Shown: positions 17,946 to 27,698 of the stretch, one piece after another
Layout of the letters: every line of letters begins with the position of its first letter
How positions within the stretch are numbered: the first letter of the stretch is position 1
Sequence record: NZ_CP124633.1
Length of the DNA: 64,000 nt
Direction: 5' to 3' (one strand)
Source of the DNA: a plasmid
Program-made: the position numbers and the translations under genes
The notes under the pieces: generated by a model
Told to the model about the DNA's origin: nothing
What the model saw: the letters and a program-made list of their open reading frames with translations, nothing else
Databases searched by the model: none

Positions 17946-20176
17946 CAGGCGGCATCCTCACCGGCGCCGAGGTGACGGAAGTCGTCGACCAGGTCCTGGG
18001 GCAGACCATCCTGTAGGGCGGAGTATCCCGGCGCCTCCCACCACTCGCTGTTGGCGGCCTGGCCCTTGCGCATGCCGGCAGCCAGTTCCTGCAGGCTTTT
18101 CGGCATCACCTCGTCGGGATCGACCGCCGGCAGCGGCATTCGGATCTTCCAGAGATTGCCGCCCTCGAGTAGCGCGAAAGCCTGTCCTTTGGGCAGAGCA
18201 ACGATGTGGGCCGGCTCGAGCATCGGCACGCTGGTCATCTGCACCTGGTCGTGCGAGCTGGAGGTGAAGGCTGCCTTCTTGTTGTTGACCGCGTCGTTGG
18301 CGCCGCTCGCCGGCGTGCTGGTGTAGATCTGGACTTTGGGGAGCTGGTTGGTCAGAAGTTCGGCCGTGGCGGTCTCGCGCACCCGCAGCATGAACAGGTT
18401 GTTGAAGTTGCCGATGATCTGACCGGCCTTCGCGCGGGAGCCGATCTTGGCCTCGATGTCGCTCATGGTCTGGGTGTAGGCCGTCACCTGCACACCGGCG
18501 CCGCCCGCTTTGTTGACCATGGGGATGAACTCGTCGCCAATCAGCTCGTTGAACTCGTCGGCATGCAGGTTGATGCGGACCTTGCCGCCGGCGAGCGAGC
18601 CGGGCAGGCCGTCATCGACTCCATGCTTGTAGATGTGACCCGCCACCGAGACCAGGTCGCTGAACATGGAGTTGCCCACCGCGGCGGCGACCTCGGTATC
18701 CGATAGTGCGTCGAGGCCGACATAGACCACGGCGCGTTTGCGGATGACCTGCATCCAGTCGAAGATCGGCCGCGGATCGTTGAGGTCCGCGTAGTTGGGC
18801 GAAAGCAGCTCCGAGATCCGCCCAGTGGTGAGTTTCTCCAGCAGCGGCAGCAGCGAGGCCACGATCTTGTCGAAGTAGGTCTTGTCGTAGCGCACGGCGC
18901 TCTTCAGGCCTTCCATGACCGGGTCGGCGATGCGTTTCTGTGTCAGGTACTGGTCGATGGCCACGACCCGCAGGGGCCGTCCTTTCATGTTGAACGGGAT
19001 GTTCTTGTCGTTGAGCTTGCCCTCGATCTGGATGATGGTGTCCCAGGCCCTGGGATCGTGCTCGCTGATGTATTTCTGGGCATATTCGACGAACAACGCA
19101 TCGATGTTCACGACGTGGCGGAGGATCTGTTGGTAGTCAGGCCGGATACCCAGCGCGTGCAGCGCGCGGGCGATGATGTTGACGAACCGCCAGGCGAACT
19201 CGCGGAACGCCGCGCTGTTGCCTTCGCCGGAGAGCTGGCCGGCGACGCGGGTGGCGACCTCGGAGATCCGACCGAACCGGCCGACGGCGTTGTAGCGTGC
19301 CGACAGGTCAGGATGACCGAGGTGGAACACGTAGAACTCGTCCAGGCGGCTGGCACGTTCGCATTCCACGTACATACGCTTGAGCAGGTCAGCGTCGCCT
19401 TTCGGGTCGAAGACGATCACCACCTCGTAGTCCGGCTGCTCCTCTGCGCGCCGGCGCCGGTGGCCGTGGTGAACCGTCTGGGTCCGCCGGCCCATCTTCG
19501 CCCGCCGGCGTCGGCCCCGGCAGTGGGTGCGGCGAATATCCTGGGTGATGAACAGCTCCGCGAGTCGCGTCTTACCCACCCGCGTAGTGCCGAGTACCAG
19601 TGTGTGGCCGACGCGCTCGCCCAGTTGTAGGCCTACGTCCTGTTCGCGCGGCTCGATGCCATGGAGCCTAGGCAAACCGCCCACGGGCGGCAGCGGCCGT
19701 GCGGGGTTCCAGGCCACGTCCCAGGCAGTGGCTTTGGTGACCAGCTTCAGGGGGAAAGGGGCGAACTCAAGCTGCTTCTCCAGCCGGCGCGCGCGCTCGT
19801 AGAGCGGCGAGGGCTCGACGTAGGAGGCGAACTGGGGCAGGTAGGTATCTGCCAGGCGCTGCGTATGCTTCTGCGTCCAGCGAAATCCTTTACCGATGAA
19901 CAGGTGTTCGTTGCTGACCGGCATCTCGGCGCTGGTCATCGTGTACTTCGGCAGTCGGCGAATGTTCCGCCGGTAGCGGAGCACCACGCCGGCCTGCTTC
20001 AGCCGCACGATACCCAGCCAGGCGAAGCCCAGCGCGGCCACGATGCCGAACAGCGGAGTGAGGGCGAACGTCCACGGCGCGACGATGCAGAGCGCGGCCG
20101 CGGTGAAGCACACGGTGGTGGTGTAGAGCTCCACGGCAGGCCGCAAGAGCGCTTCCAGCGGGTACTGGCCAGCCAT
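17945..20176 (-). CDS. traD: Conjugative coupling protein (TraD/VirD4/TraG family).
   Basis: 743 aa. N-terminal TM helices. Walker A GTTRVGKTR. ATGA overlap at 17945. Confidence 0.88.
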   Translation of the reverse strand: MAGQYPLEALLRPAVELYTTTVCFTAAALCIVAPWTFALTPLFGIVAALGFAWLGIVRLKQAGVVLRYRRNIRRLPKYTMTSAEMPVSNEHLFIGKGFRWTQKHTQRLADTYLPQFASYVEPSPLYERARRLEKQLEFAPFPLKLVTKATAWDVAWNPARPLPPVGGLPRLHGIEPREQDVGLQLGERVGHTLVLGTTRVGKTRLAELFITQDIRRTHCRGRRRRAKMGRRTQTVHHGHRRRRAEEQPDYEVVIVFDPKGDADLLKRMYVECERASRLDEFYVFHLGHPDLSARYNAVGRFGRISEVATRVAGQLSGEGNSAAFREFAWRFVNIIARALHALGIRPDYQQILRHVVNIDALFVEYAQKYISEHDPRAWDTIIQIEGKLNDKNIPFNMKGRPLRVVAIDQYLTQKRIADPVMEGLKSAVRYDKTYFDKIVASLLPLLEKLTTGRISELLSPNYADLNDPRPIFDWMQVIRKRAVVYVGLDALSDTEVAAAVGNSMFSDLVSVAGHIYKHGVDDGLPGSLAGGKVRINLHADEFNELIGDEFIPMVNKAGGAGVQVTAYTQTMSDIEAKIGSRAKAGQIIGNFNNLFMLRVRETATAELLTNQLPKVQIYTSTPASGANDAVNNKKAAFTSSSHDQVQMTSVPMLEPAHIVALPKGQAFALLEGGNLWKIRMPLPAVDPDEVMPKSLQELAAGMRKGQAANSEWWEAPGYSALQDGLPQDLVDDFRHLGAGEDAA

Positions 20177-20179
20177 GGG

Positions 20180-20449
20180 TTACACCTTCAAGCTTGCCGG
20201 CGACTGCAGGCGGCCCGGTCGGCGGCGCTTGGCATGAAGTTCGAGCACCTGTTTCCTGGCTTGCTCGACCTCATGATCAGGCAGCATCTGCTCCAGCAGC
20301 TCGCAGAGGGACGACTCGTCCTCCAAGGCCTTGGACGTCACCTCACCGCCGTAGCGTGAGATCAGGCCGAGCAACTCCTGGTACATGAGTTGGCGTGCCT
20401 GAGCGTCGCTCGACTGCTTGATGAGCAGGGTGATCAGGTGAGTAGTCAT
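20180..20449 (-). CDS. Small hypothetical protein (89 aa).
   Basis: Start MTTHLITLL at 20447-20449 with AGGAG RBS. The 249-aa track ORF is an Arg-rich over-extension. Confidence 0.55.
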   Translation of the reverse strand: MTTHLITLLIKQSSDAQARQLMYQELLGLISRYGGEVTSKALEDESSLCELLEQMLPDHEVEQARKQVLELHAKRRRPGRLQSPASLKV

Positions 20450-20457
20450 GAGGACTC

Positions 20458-20958
20458 CTACTGCTGGATGGCGGTGGATGTGATGAGGGCGGGGTAGTGC
20501 CGCAGTCCGAGCCGGTCGACCAGGTCGTCCGCCGGCGCCGGCAATATCTGAAGTCCTTTCCCCCAGGCACGGATTTCCGTCAGGCGCGCTTCGCTGGCCA
20601 CGTTCACTGCCAGGCCCACAGCGTGGAGGCCTCGGAGCTCGTCGCCTCGCTCTTTCAGCCAGGTTCGAGACAGCGTGTCGTCGCCGACGAGGAACAGAGG
20701 TTGCAGGCCTGGGGCGTTGATGGCGCGCCCCTGAACCTGGCCTGGCGAAAGGCGTGCCGAGCGAACTGGAAACGCACCTGAGCCACGGACACCCAGGTCG
20801 CCAGGTCCTGGTATGGCAGCGGATGGCTGCGGATCCAGGCCCTGGTAGTAGGGGAGCGCTGAGGCGCCGCCCAGGTCTTCGACAACGATCAGCCCGGCGG
20901 CCCAGGCTTGAGTCGCGAACGCCGTGCAAAATGCCAGCGTGGCAAGGAACTTCTTCAT
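20458..20958 (-). CDS. Secreted ICE protein (PFL_4695-like).
   Basis: Signal peptide MKKFLATLAFCTAFATQAWA. Conserved position next to the lytic transglycosylase. Confidence 0.55.
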   Translation of the reverse strand: MKKFLATLAFCTAFATQAWAAGLIVVEDLGGASALPYYQGLDPQPSAAIPGPGDLGVRGSGAFPVRSARLSPGQVQGRAINAPGLQPLFLVGDDTLSRTWLKERGDELRGLHAVGLAVNVASEARLTEIRAWGKGLQILPAPADDLVDRLGLRHYPALITSTAIQQ

Positions 20959-21536
20959 GGATTGGTCACCAGCAGGTTGACGCCGAGGACTTGGCTGAGG
21001 TGGCGGGATACTGTCCTACGGTATTTGGCGGCAGGCGCGCCGCCGGCGGGGCGGTGGTAGCGGCCGGCGACCTGGATCCAGTCCACCGGTTTCCCGGGGG
21101 CAGAGGCGTACAAGGCGTCCCGCTGCTCGATCAGGATGTCGGAGGTGGCGTCCAGGTTCTTGTACGGATCCAGGGACTCGCAGGGGCTGGAGAAACGATG
21201 TCCGTTCCAGCCGATGTTGACCTGGCCGAGGCCGGAATCGACGCTCTTGGCCCCGTAGAGGTTGATCGCCGCGAGTAGCGCTGTGCAGGCGGCGGTGCGG
21301 GTCGCGTAGTAGTAAGATTTCCCGGCGACGTTCAATGTCCAGGGCCAGGGAACGTATTCGCCGCGCAGCAGGACCTTGCTCTCGGTCAGCGCGACCGAGT
21401 AGAGCACCTCGGCCGGAACCCCTTTGGGCAGGGCGATCTGCTTGTACGCCGGCGGAGGATCCACGGCGGCCTGAACGATGTTGGCCAGAACCAGCAGGGC
21501 GGCCAGTTGGAGGGCGCGGATTACAGACGTTGCCAT
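20955..21536 (-). CDS. Lytic transglycosylase (SLT domain) for conjugative transfer.
   Basis: Signal peptide. SLT-like motifs ES...GLGQVN...Y. Overlaps neighbouring genes. Confidence 0.7.
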   Translation of the reverse strand: MATSVIRALQLAALLVLANIVQAAVDPPPAYKQIALPKGVPAEVLYSVALTESKVLLRGEYVPWPWTLNVAGKSYYYATRTAACTALLAAINLYGAKSVDSGLGQVNIGWNGHRFSSPCESLDPYKNLDATSDILIEQRDALYASAPGKPVDWIQVAGRYHRPAGGAPAAKYRRTVSRHLSQVLGVNLLVTNP

Positions 21537-22276
21537 CGGCCGTTCACCTCCTGGACCAGGGCGGGAAGGGCCCCGCCCAGTCCCAGGGCCATCCAGCGGC
21601 CCTCGTCATGATTGAGCGTGATCTGCTTGCTGCGAACCTTCTTCGGGTCGACGCCGGCGAGGATTGCCCAGTGCCGCACTCGCTCTGCGTCGTTCTGGCT
21701 ACCGACGAAGTAGAGATCGAACTCCTTGTTCTGCTGCTGCAGGTCGCGGACCCGCTGGATGCAGGCGGTGCAGTTGTCCTGGACGAACAGGGCCAGGCGC
21801 CCGCTGCTCTGCAACGCTGGGCTCATGTTCGGGGCGCCCGACGGGTTGGCCGTGCTGCTTTCGGTGAGGCGGATGACCCCCTCGCCTGGATAGGCGCGGG
21901 CGAAGGCTTCGTCGTATGCGCGCTGGTAGGCGAGTTCCTTCTCGACCCGGCGCCGTTCGGCCTGGACCTGTAGATCGGCATACCGCCGCCGTTCCTCTGC
22001 CGATCGCGCCTCGATGCCCAGCGCGGTCAGCGGGTCAATGCCAGGTGAGTACACGCCCCGGGGGCCTTGCATGAGCGTCTGGTAGCGGGTCCATTCCTGT
22101 TGATTCAGTCCCCACTCCTGGGCCAGGTCGCTCTGAGATGTCTGTTGTTTCAGCGTGCCGAGTTGGCTACCGGACAGCTGGCTGCTGGTCTCTCGGCTTG
22201 CCGCAGCCTCCTGGCCGACTGCGGGATAGCTCAGCAGCAGCACCAGGCCGGACAGGAGCGATACGGTTCTGTTCAT
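21521..22276 (-). CDS. Thioredoxin-like ICE protein (CxxC).
   Basis: Start MNRTVSLLSGLVLLL at 22274-22276 (signal peptide). Contains CTAC. Confidence 0.55.
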   Translation of the reverse strand: MNRTVSLLSGLVLLLSYPAVGQEAAASRETSSQLSGSQLGTLKQQTSQSDLAQEWGLNQQEWTRYQTLMQGPRGVYSPGIDPLTALGIEARSAEERRRYADLQVQAERRRVEKELAYQRAYDEAFARAYPGEGVIRLTESSTANPSGAPNMSPALQSSGRLALFVQDNCTACIQRVRDLQQQNKEFDLYFVGSQNDAERVRHWAILAGVDPKKVRSKQITLNHDEGRWMALGLGGALPALVQEVNGRWQRL

Positions 22277-22286
22277 GTGCGGGGTC

Positions 22287-22979
22287 CTATGGTTGGATGC
22301 GAACGCTGCGCGAGGCGCCGGCGACGTCGAAGTGCGCGGTACGATCGTCAAGGTCGGTCAGTCGCCAGGTCGTGCCGGCGACGGCATCGCCCTGGCGAAT
22401 GAGGTAGATCTGGCTGAGCTGGGTGGATCCCGGAGGTGCAACCGACAGAAACCGTTCGCCCCCGCGATACTCCACGCCGAGGATTGAGAAGGGCGGAGGC
22501 TCGATCGGCTTGGGTTTCGGCTTGGGCTTGTCAGGGAAGGCACCGCGCTTCGGTGGAGGCACGATCAGCGGCGGAGCCTTGGCTTGCTTCTCTTGCAGCG
22601 TGCGGACAGAACCGTCCAGCGTCTCCACTGTTGCCTTGAGCACCAGGAGATCGCCGGCCGAGGCGGTGGTTTGAGCCAGGTTCTCGACGGCGTCGGAGGC
22701 CTGCTTGGCGAAGGCCTGCGCGGCGTCAATGCGGTTGGACAGTGCCTGCTGGCCTGAGCGGAAGTCCTCGTTGCTGACCAGGTGCTGTCCATCCACGGCG
22801 TCGAGGCGCTCGTCGACTCGATTCAAGCGAGCCAGGATCGCCTCTAGCGAGGTCTTTTCCGCGGCACTGTCCACGCCTGATCGGAGCTGAATGAGTTGGT
22901 ACTGCTGGTAGCTCAGCAGGCCGGCCATTGCCGTCAAGCAGAGGCCAAGAATCATTGATGCAGGGGATGGGCGTTTCAT
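22287..22979 (-). CDS. Membrane-anchored coiled-coil protein with a Pro/Lys-rich linker.
   Basis: GAGG RBS. N-terminal TM helix, then coiled-coil region, then PKPKPKPIEPPP linker. Confidence 0.5.
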   Translation of the reverse strand: MKRPSPASMILGLCLTAMAGLLSYQQYQLIQLRSGVDSAAEKTSLEAILARLNRVDERLDAVDGQHLVSNEDFRSGQQALSNRIDAAQAFAKQASDAVENLAQTTASAGDLLVLKATVETLDGSVRTLQEKQAKAPPLIVPPPKRGAFPDKPKPKPKPIEPPPFSILGVEYRGGERFLSVAPPGSTQLSQIYLIRQGDAVAGTTWRLTDLDDRTAHFDVAGASRSVRIQP

Positions 22980-23430
22980 GAGTGTCCTCGCGCGAAGCCA
23001 GAGACACCCTCTCAGACTGCCCCCATTGAGGCAGTAGGAAATACTCGGTGAGTGGGGGTGGGATTTTTTTGGATAGGATTCTGGCGAATCGCCGGGCCTG
23101 ATTCGCTATGCGAAGATCAGTCGACTCTGGGTGCCCTTCACACGCATCTAGGCTGCGTCATTTCTGGTTAACACTGCTTCGAGGAAGCCCTAGGCTATGA
23201 ATACAGACCTTCCCCAGCTCGAACAAACCATCATTGAGATAGCGTGCCAGGAATTGGTTGAAGCTGGTCAGCCAAGCCAAAACTCCCTGTCATGCTATGT
23301 CGCATCTTTCGAGTCTACTCATCTGGCTTGACTCGTTCGATGGCTAAAGCCGCTTGTGCAGTGGAGCCTGGCTGAGGCGGGACACTAGCTCAAGATGAGC
23401 GTGGCCGTTGCTGGGGTGAGTTACCGACAA

Positions 23431-24765
23431 TCACTCGTCTTCGAACTCCGCCTTTCCCTTCTGGACCATTGAGATGGGAGGTATAAAAAACATTGTCCGC
23501 TGCGCCGCCGGCATCAGGATATCTGAGGACTTGATGCTGCTGCCCTTTCGCCGCTTGGTGCCACTGTCCTTGTCGTAAACCTCGATGTCTTTGCACAGAA
23601 TTGGCATGTGGAGGGCCTCGCGAACGATGCTTTCGTTGGCCATCGTGCTGTTGGCCATGCTCTTCATCATGTCCTCGAACGTCTGTACAGGCTGTTGGTA
23701 GATCTGCCTGGGCAGCAGCTCGGAAAGCTCTCTCTCGATGCGTTTTCCGGTGACGTTATCGAAGAAATGCTCTTCACCGAAGCCAAGGTTTTGCTGATCG
23801 GTAACCTGTATATCGCGCTTAGTGTCGTACCCCACGAATAGCGCGGGCGTCATTGCGTGCGAAAAGTGGTTGCCGTACTTCCAGTGGATTTCCTTCATCA
23901 CAGCGTTGGCGCGATAGCTCTTGGCGAGATGAATGAACCAGTAGGTGCGAGGGTTAGCACCAAACGGCGTTATGAAGAATACCGTCATGAACTCTGCGCC
24001 GCTTTCTTTCAGTATGCCCTCTGCCAGGAAGCGTTGAATGAGGTGCTGCCATTCATGACGCATCGTGGCCTTGAAGGAAGGGAGTTTAGCCCACGGAATG
24101 TATTTCTCAAGGTCAATATTCTGGAGCGCCTTACGGTTTTCCTCCCGCTCAGAAAGGTAGTCAATCAGGCTGTCAACGTTGAACGTCAGCAACACCTCAG
24201 CGTTTCTCACTTCCTGAAAGATGGCGCGGATGCTGGAGAATGGAACATCTTTGTAAGCGTACTGATCCAACAAGAAAATTGCGCGTTGAGAGAATTTTAA
24301 TTTCTTGATCTGATTTATTAGCGCAGGGAGAGCGTTGGTGAAGCGTGACTTTATCGGGAATACGTCCTTGTCTATTAAGTGCGAATATCCTTTCGCGTTA
24401 AGTACTGCGTTCAGATAATCTATGTTGTCCTTTTTGATGTCTACAAAATAGTACTTGGCAATTACTTCGCGGTCTTGTTTTCTCAGGGTGTTAATTTCCG
24501 CAACTGTCTGGCGAACGGTCTCCAACGCGATGATCGGCGATCCATAGTGGATGCCTATACCATCATCGTCTTTGTAAATACCCCCTCCACAGAACCCATC
24601 GATGATGCTGATTCCTATTCGAGGGATCATCTGGTTGCTCATCACGACCGTTATGTAGGAGCGAATATAGTCCTGAATTATCTTGTGTTTGATCTTGCTG
24701 TGGGGATTAATCTGAGGATATGTCCCGGTGGAAATATTCCACTTGTACTTTTCATCCTTGGCCAT
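23431..24765 (-). CDS. TcmP-like protein (partner of Gp37/Gp68), paralog B, 444 aa.
   Basis: N-terminal motif KIKHKIIQDYIRSYI...ISIIDGFCGGG and central blocks are shared with the 396-aa paralog upstream. AAGGA RBS. Low-GC region. Confidence 0.55.
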   Translation of the reverse strand: MAKDEKYKWNISTGTYPQINPHSKIKHKIIQDYIRSYITVVMSNQMIPRIGISIIDGFCGGGIYKDDDGIGIHYGSPIIALETVRQTVAEINTLRKQDREVIAKYYFVDIKKDNIDYLNAVLNAKGYSHLIDKDVFPIKSRFTNALPALINQIKKLKFSQRAIFLLDQYAYKDVPFSSIRAIFQEVRNAEVLLTFNVDSLIDYLSEREENRKALQNIDLEKYIPWAKLPSFKATMRHEWQHLIQRFLAEGILKESGAEFMTVFFITPFGANPRTYWFIHLAKSYRANAVMKEIHWKYGNHFSHAMTPALFVGYDTKRDIQVTDQQNLGFGEEHFFDNVTGKRIERELSELLPRQIYQQPVQTFEDMMKSMANSTMANESIVREALHMPILCKDIEVYDKDSGTKRRKGSSIKSSDILMPAAQRTMFFIPPISMVQKGKAEFEDE

Positions 24766-24782
24766 CCGGTAAGTCCTTTAAC

Positions 24783-25525
24783 TCAGGCTAAATTCAAAAG
24801 AGGTATTTCATCCCAGGTCTGGCCGTTTAGCAGCCGCCCGTTTGCTTTTTTAGAGCGCTTGACTCCATCCGCCCCCCATCCGCCCCACTGCTTGAAAAAG
24901 AACGCGGAACCGGAGATATCGCACTGACGATGAATGTTGTCGACCCATTCTTGCTGCATGGGACGCGCTTTCGCGCCTGACTCGCCTCCAACGATCACCC
25001 AGTGGATATCGGTCAAGTCTATTTCACCGAGATCTTCCAGAAGGGCTCCGCCGAGAGGAAGCGGATTGTGGCATTCACACGGCGCAAGCAGTCGATACGA
25101 GGAACGCCATAGGCCTTGTCTTCGACCGATACTCCAAGCCAGGCGTTGGTAGGTGGAACGCGCTTGCTGAAGTAGTCAGCCAATCGTTCCGCGCGCTTTG
25201 TCAGGATTTGAAAGGTATGTTGCGTCGCCTCACGAATGACGTCAAAAATCTGATCGATGTAATGGTCAGGGACTTTCTCGTGAAACAGATCCGACATGGA
25301 GTTTACAAAATAGATAGTCGACTTCTTGCGCTGAAGCGGTTCGCGAAGTTTCTCTGGACGCAGGCTAAGCTTGAAACCATTTTCATAACCTGGAGTGCCC
25401 ATGGCCTGCAGTCGGTGCGCCATGTTCTCGGCATAACAATGTTTGCAGCCCGGCGATACCTTGGTGCACCCCACAATGGGGTTCCAGGTCATTTCTGTCC
25501 ATTCTATGCTCGTCTGGGTACTCAT
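24783..25525 (-). pseudogene. Phage Gp37/Gp68-family (DUF5131) gene, split by a -1 frameshift in a C-run at about 25034-25040.
   Basis: N-terminal ORF has the signature IEWTEMTWNPIVGCTKVSPGCKHCYAE and ends ...LSAEPFWKISVK*. Shifting one base gives ...[32 protein letters not shown]...FFFKQWGGW, the canonical family C-terminus. The likely true start is MSTQTSIEWT at 25523-25525. Confidence 0.7.
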
Positions 25526-25757
25526 TGCACTGTAACTCCTGTCGTGCGCGATGCTCATGTAAATCGGGCGCGAATCAAATGACTATCACCTTAGTGATTG
25601 GCCTTTCTGTTCGAGGTCCTGTCAAATTGTAAGTGTAACACATCTATCCAGATAATCTCAGCTAAATAAGAATTGCTTAATATGGTATTTGGCTTACAGT
25701 CTTATGGGGTGTTAAAACTTTCTTGTCGTCGGCTGGTTTGTGGGCTGTTGGTAGAAA

Positions 25758-26948
25758 CTAAAAAATCTCTTTTGGCGAAAATGATTCTGCGCAGAGCACC
25801 CAGCGCTCACTTTTCCTCGGCCAATGAGGCCTTACTGGATTCTTTGTCCGCTTTCGAACATCCGCATCCAGATTTATGATTTTCCCTTCTTTAGCTAGAT
25901 CTTTGAATGCGAGTTGCAGATCCGTCGGATAGAGGTCGGTTTCCTCAAGGAAGCTTGCCCAGCAATCATTGTCCACGAGCAATGGTGTGGCGGATAGGCG
26001 TGTCAGCAAATACTTTTTGGCGAGCATCCTGTTGTCCCGAACATTGACTGGCTCGGGCTGATCCTCAGGTGAGGAGAAGAGGTCATTAACAGGAAGCCTC
26101 TTGCTCGATTGCCGCCTGAGCTTGGTCTCGAACTGACTGACACGCTGAACCATATCCATCTGCTCGGCGGCCTCTTTGAAGACAATTAGCCCTTTAGAAT
26201 GTCGCGTGAGATAGATCAGGAAGTACAGGACGCGGTCCATGCCCGGCCGCTCAACGGTAACGTACGCAGTCTTGCCGTTGTAGATATCTCCTACCGCCTG
26301 GCGGTATTGGGAAACAATAATTTGTCGCCGCTCGGTTGCCGACTCTTTGCCTGAAAACGTGATTGCCTTACCGAGCAACTCTTCAACGTTCGCTTGCTGG
26401 GCCGTCATCGACATTGCTCGGTTGAGGAAGTCGTACATCAGGTTGATGAGAAACTCGGCTCTGTTCAACGCCAATAGCGGCGCCAGTACCGGTGCGTTGA
26501 TAACCTTTCGCCAGCCCTTGGGATCAATGAAGAAGAAGGTGAAGCCAAGTTTGGCCCAGCTTGCGATATCTTCGATTTTCGTCGTGTAGTCGCCGTGCAT
26601 GCAGCTGGCGTCTACGACACTGCCCGTATCGTTGGAAAGGAATCTCTGCAGCTTCGCAAAAGCATTGTCGTTTTTTTCGATATACAGGGCGCGGAATCTC
26701 ACCTTTGCGCCATGCTGCTCTTCAAGCGTCTTCGCGCAATCCTTCATCAGGCTCAACGAGATACCAATGGAGGTGTCCCGCAAGTCATCAGACTCTTCCG
26801 ACCAGGGGCCGGCGAAGCAGTCGACGTAATTGATCACCTTCTCACTGCGGCCGATGATCATGATCAGCCGCTGCAAGTAAGTTCTCAGAATGGTGTGCTT
26901 GACGTATGCCTGTTCTCTGCCCTGATATTCTATCGGCATCAAAGACAT
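25758..26948 (-). CDS. TcmP-like protein, paralog A, 396 aa.
   Basis: Start MSLMPIEYQ at 26946-26948 with RBS CAAGGAGGTGAA. The track's first ATG is inside the RBS. Motif YVKHTILRTYLQRL...INYVDCFAGPW. Confidence 0.6.
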   Translation of the reverse strand: MSLMPIEYQGREQAYVKHTILRTYLQRLIMIIGRSEKVINYVDCFAGPWSEESDDLRDTSIGISLSLMKDCAKTLEEQHGAKVRFRALYIEKNDNAFAKLQRFLSNDTGSVVDASCMHGDYTTKIEDIASWAKLGFTFFFIDPKGWRKVINAPVLAPLLALNRAEFLINLMYDFLNRAMSMTAQQANVEELLGKAITFSGKESATERRQIIVSQYRQAVGDIYNGKTAYVTVERPGMDRVLYFLIYLTRHSKGLIVFKEAAEQMDMVQRVSQFETKLRRQSSKRLPVNDLFSSPEDQPEPVNVRDNRMLAKKYLLTRLSATPLLVDNDCWASFLEETDLYPTDLQLAFKDLAKEGKIINLDADVRKRTKNPVRPHWPRKSERWVLCAESFSPKEIF

Positions 26949-27129
26949 TTCACCTCCTTGTTGACCCATCTCGGTCTCCTGCCACGGATCGGCTAATCAC
27001 GTTGAGCGACGTCGTAGTGGCTATACGGTATCGTAGCCCTCGTGGCGTGGCTATGGGGGCGGGGTATGCTTAAGTGCTGGTCGCTGAAACCAGTAGAGCG
27101 TCGCGGTGTGAATCGCCGCAGGTTTCGTG

Positions 27130-27612
<483 letters not shown>

Positions 27613-27662
27613 ATTTCGAAAAACTCGCATTTATTTCGAAAGCCTACAACTTCGATAAGCAT

Positions 27663-27693
27663 TATATAAAAAAGGCCACTCAAAGGTGGCCTA
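27663..27693 (-). terminator. Rho-independent terminator for the SNF2 helicase operon.
   Basis: 7-bp stem AGGCCAC / GTGGCCT with a 6-nt loop, followed on the minus strand by a T6 run. Confidence 0.8.
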
Positions 27694-27698
27694 TCTGT

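Noticed and set aside
20180-20929. 249-aa ORF upstream of traD
   Set aside because: Only the last 89 codons, starting MTTHL with an AGGAG RBS, look protein-like. The rest is Arg/Pro-rich and overlaps the neighbouring gene.
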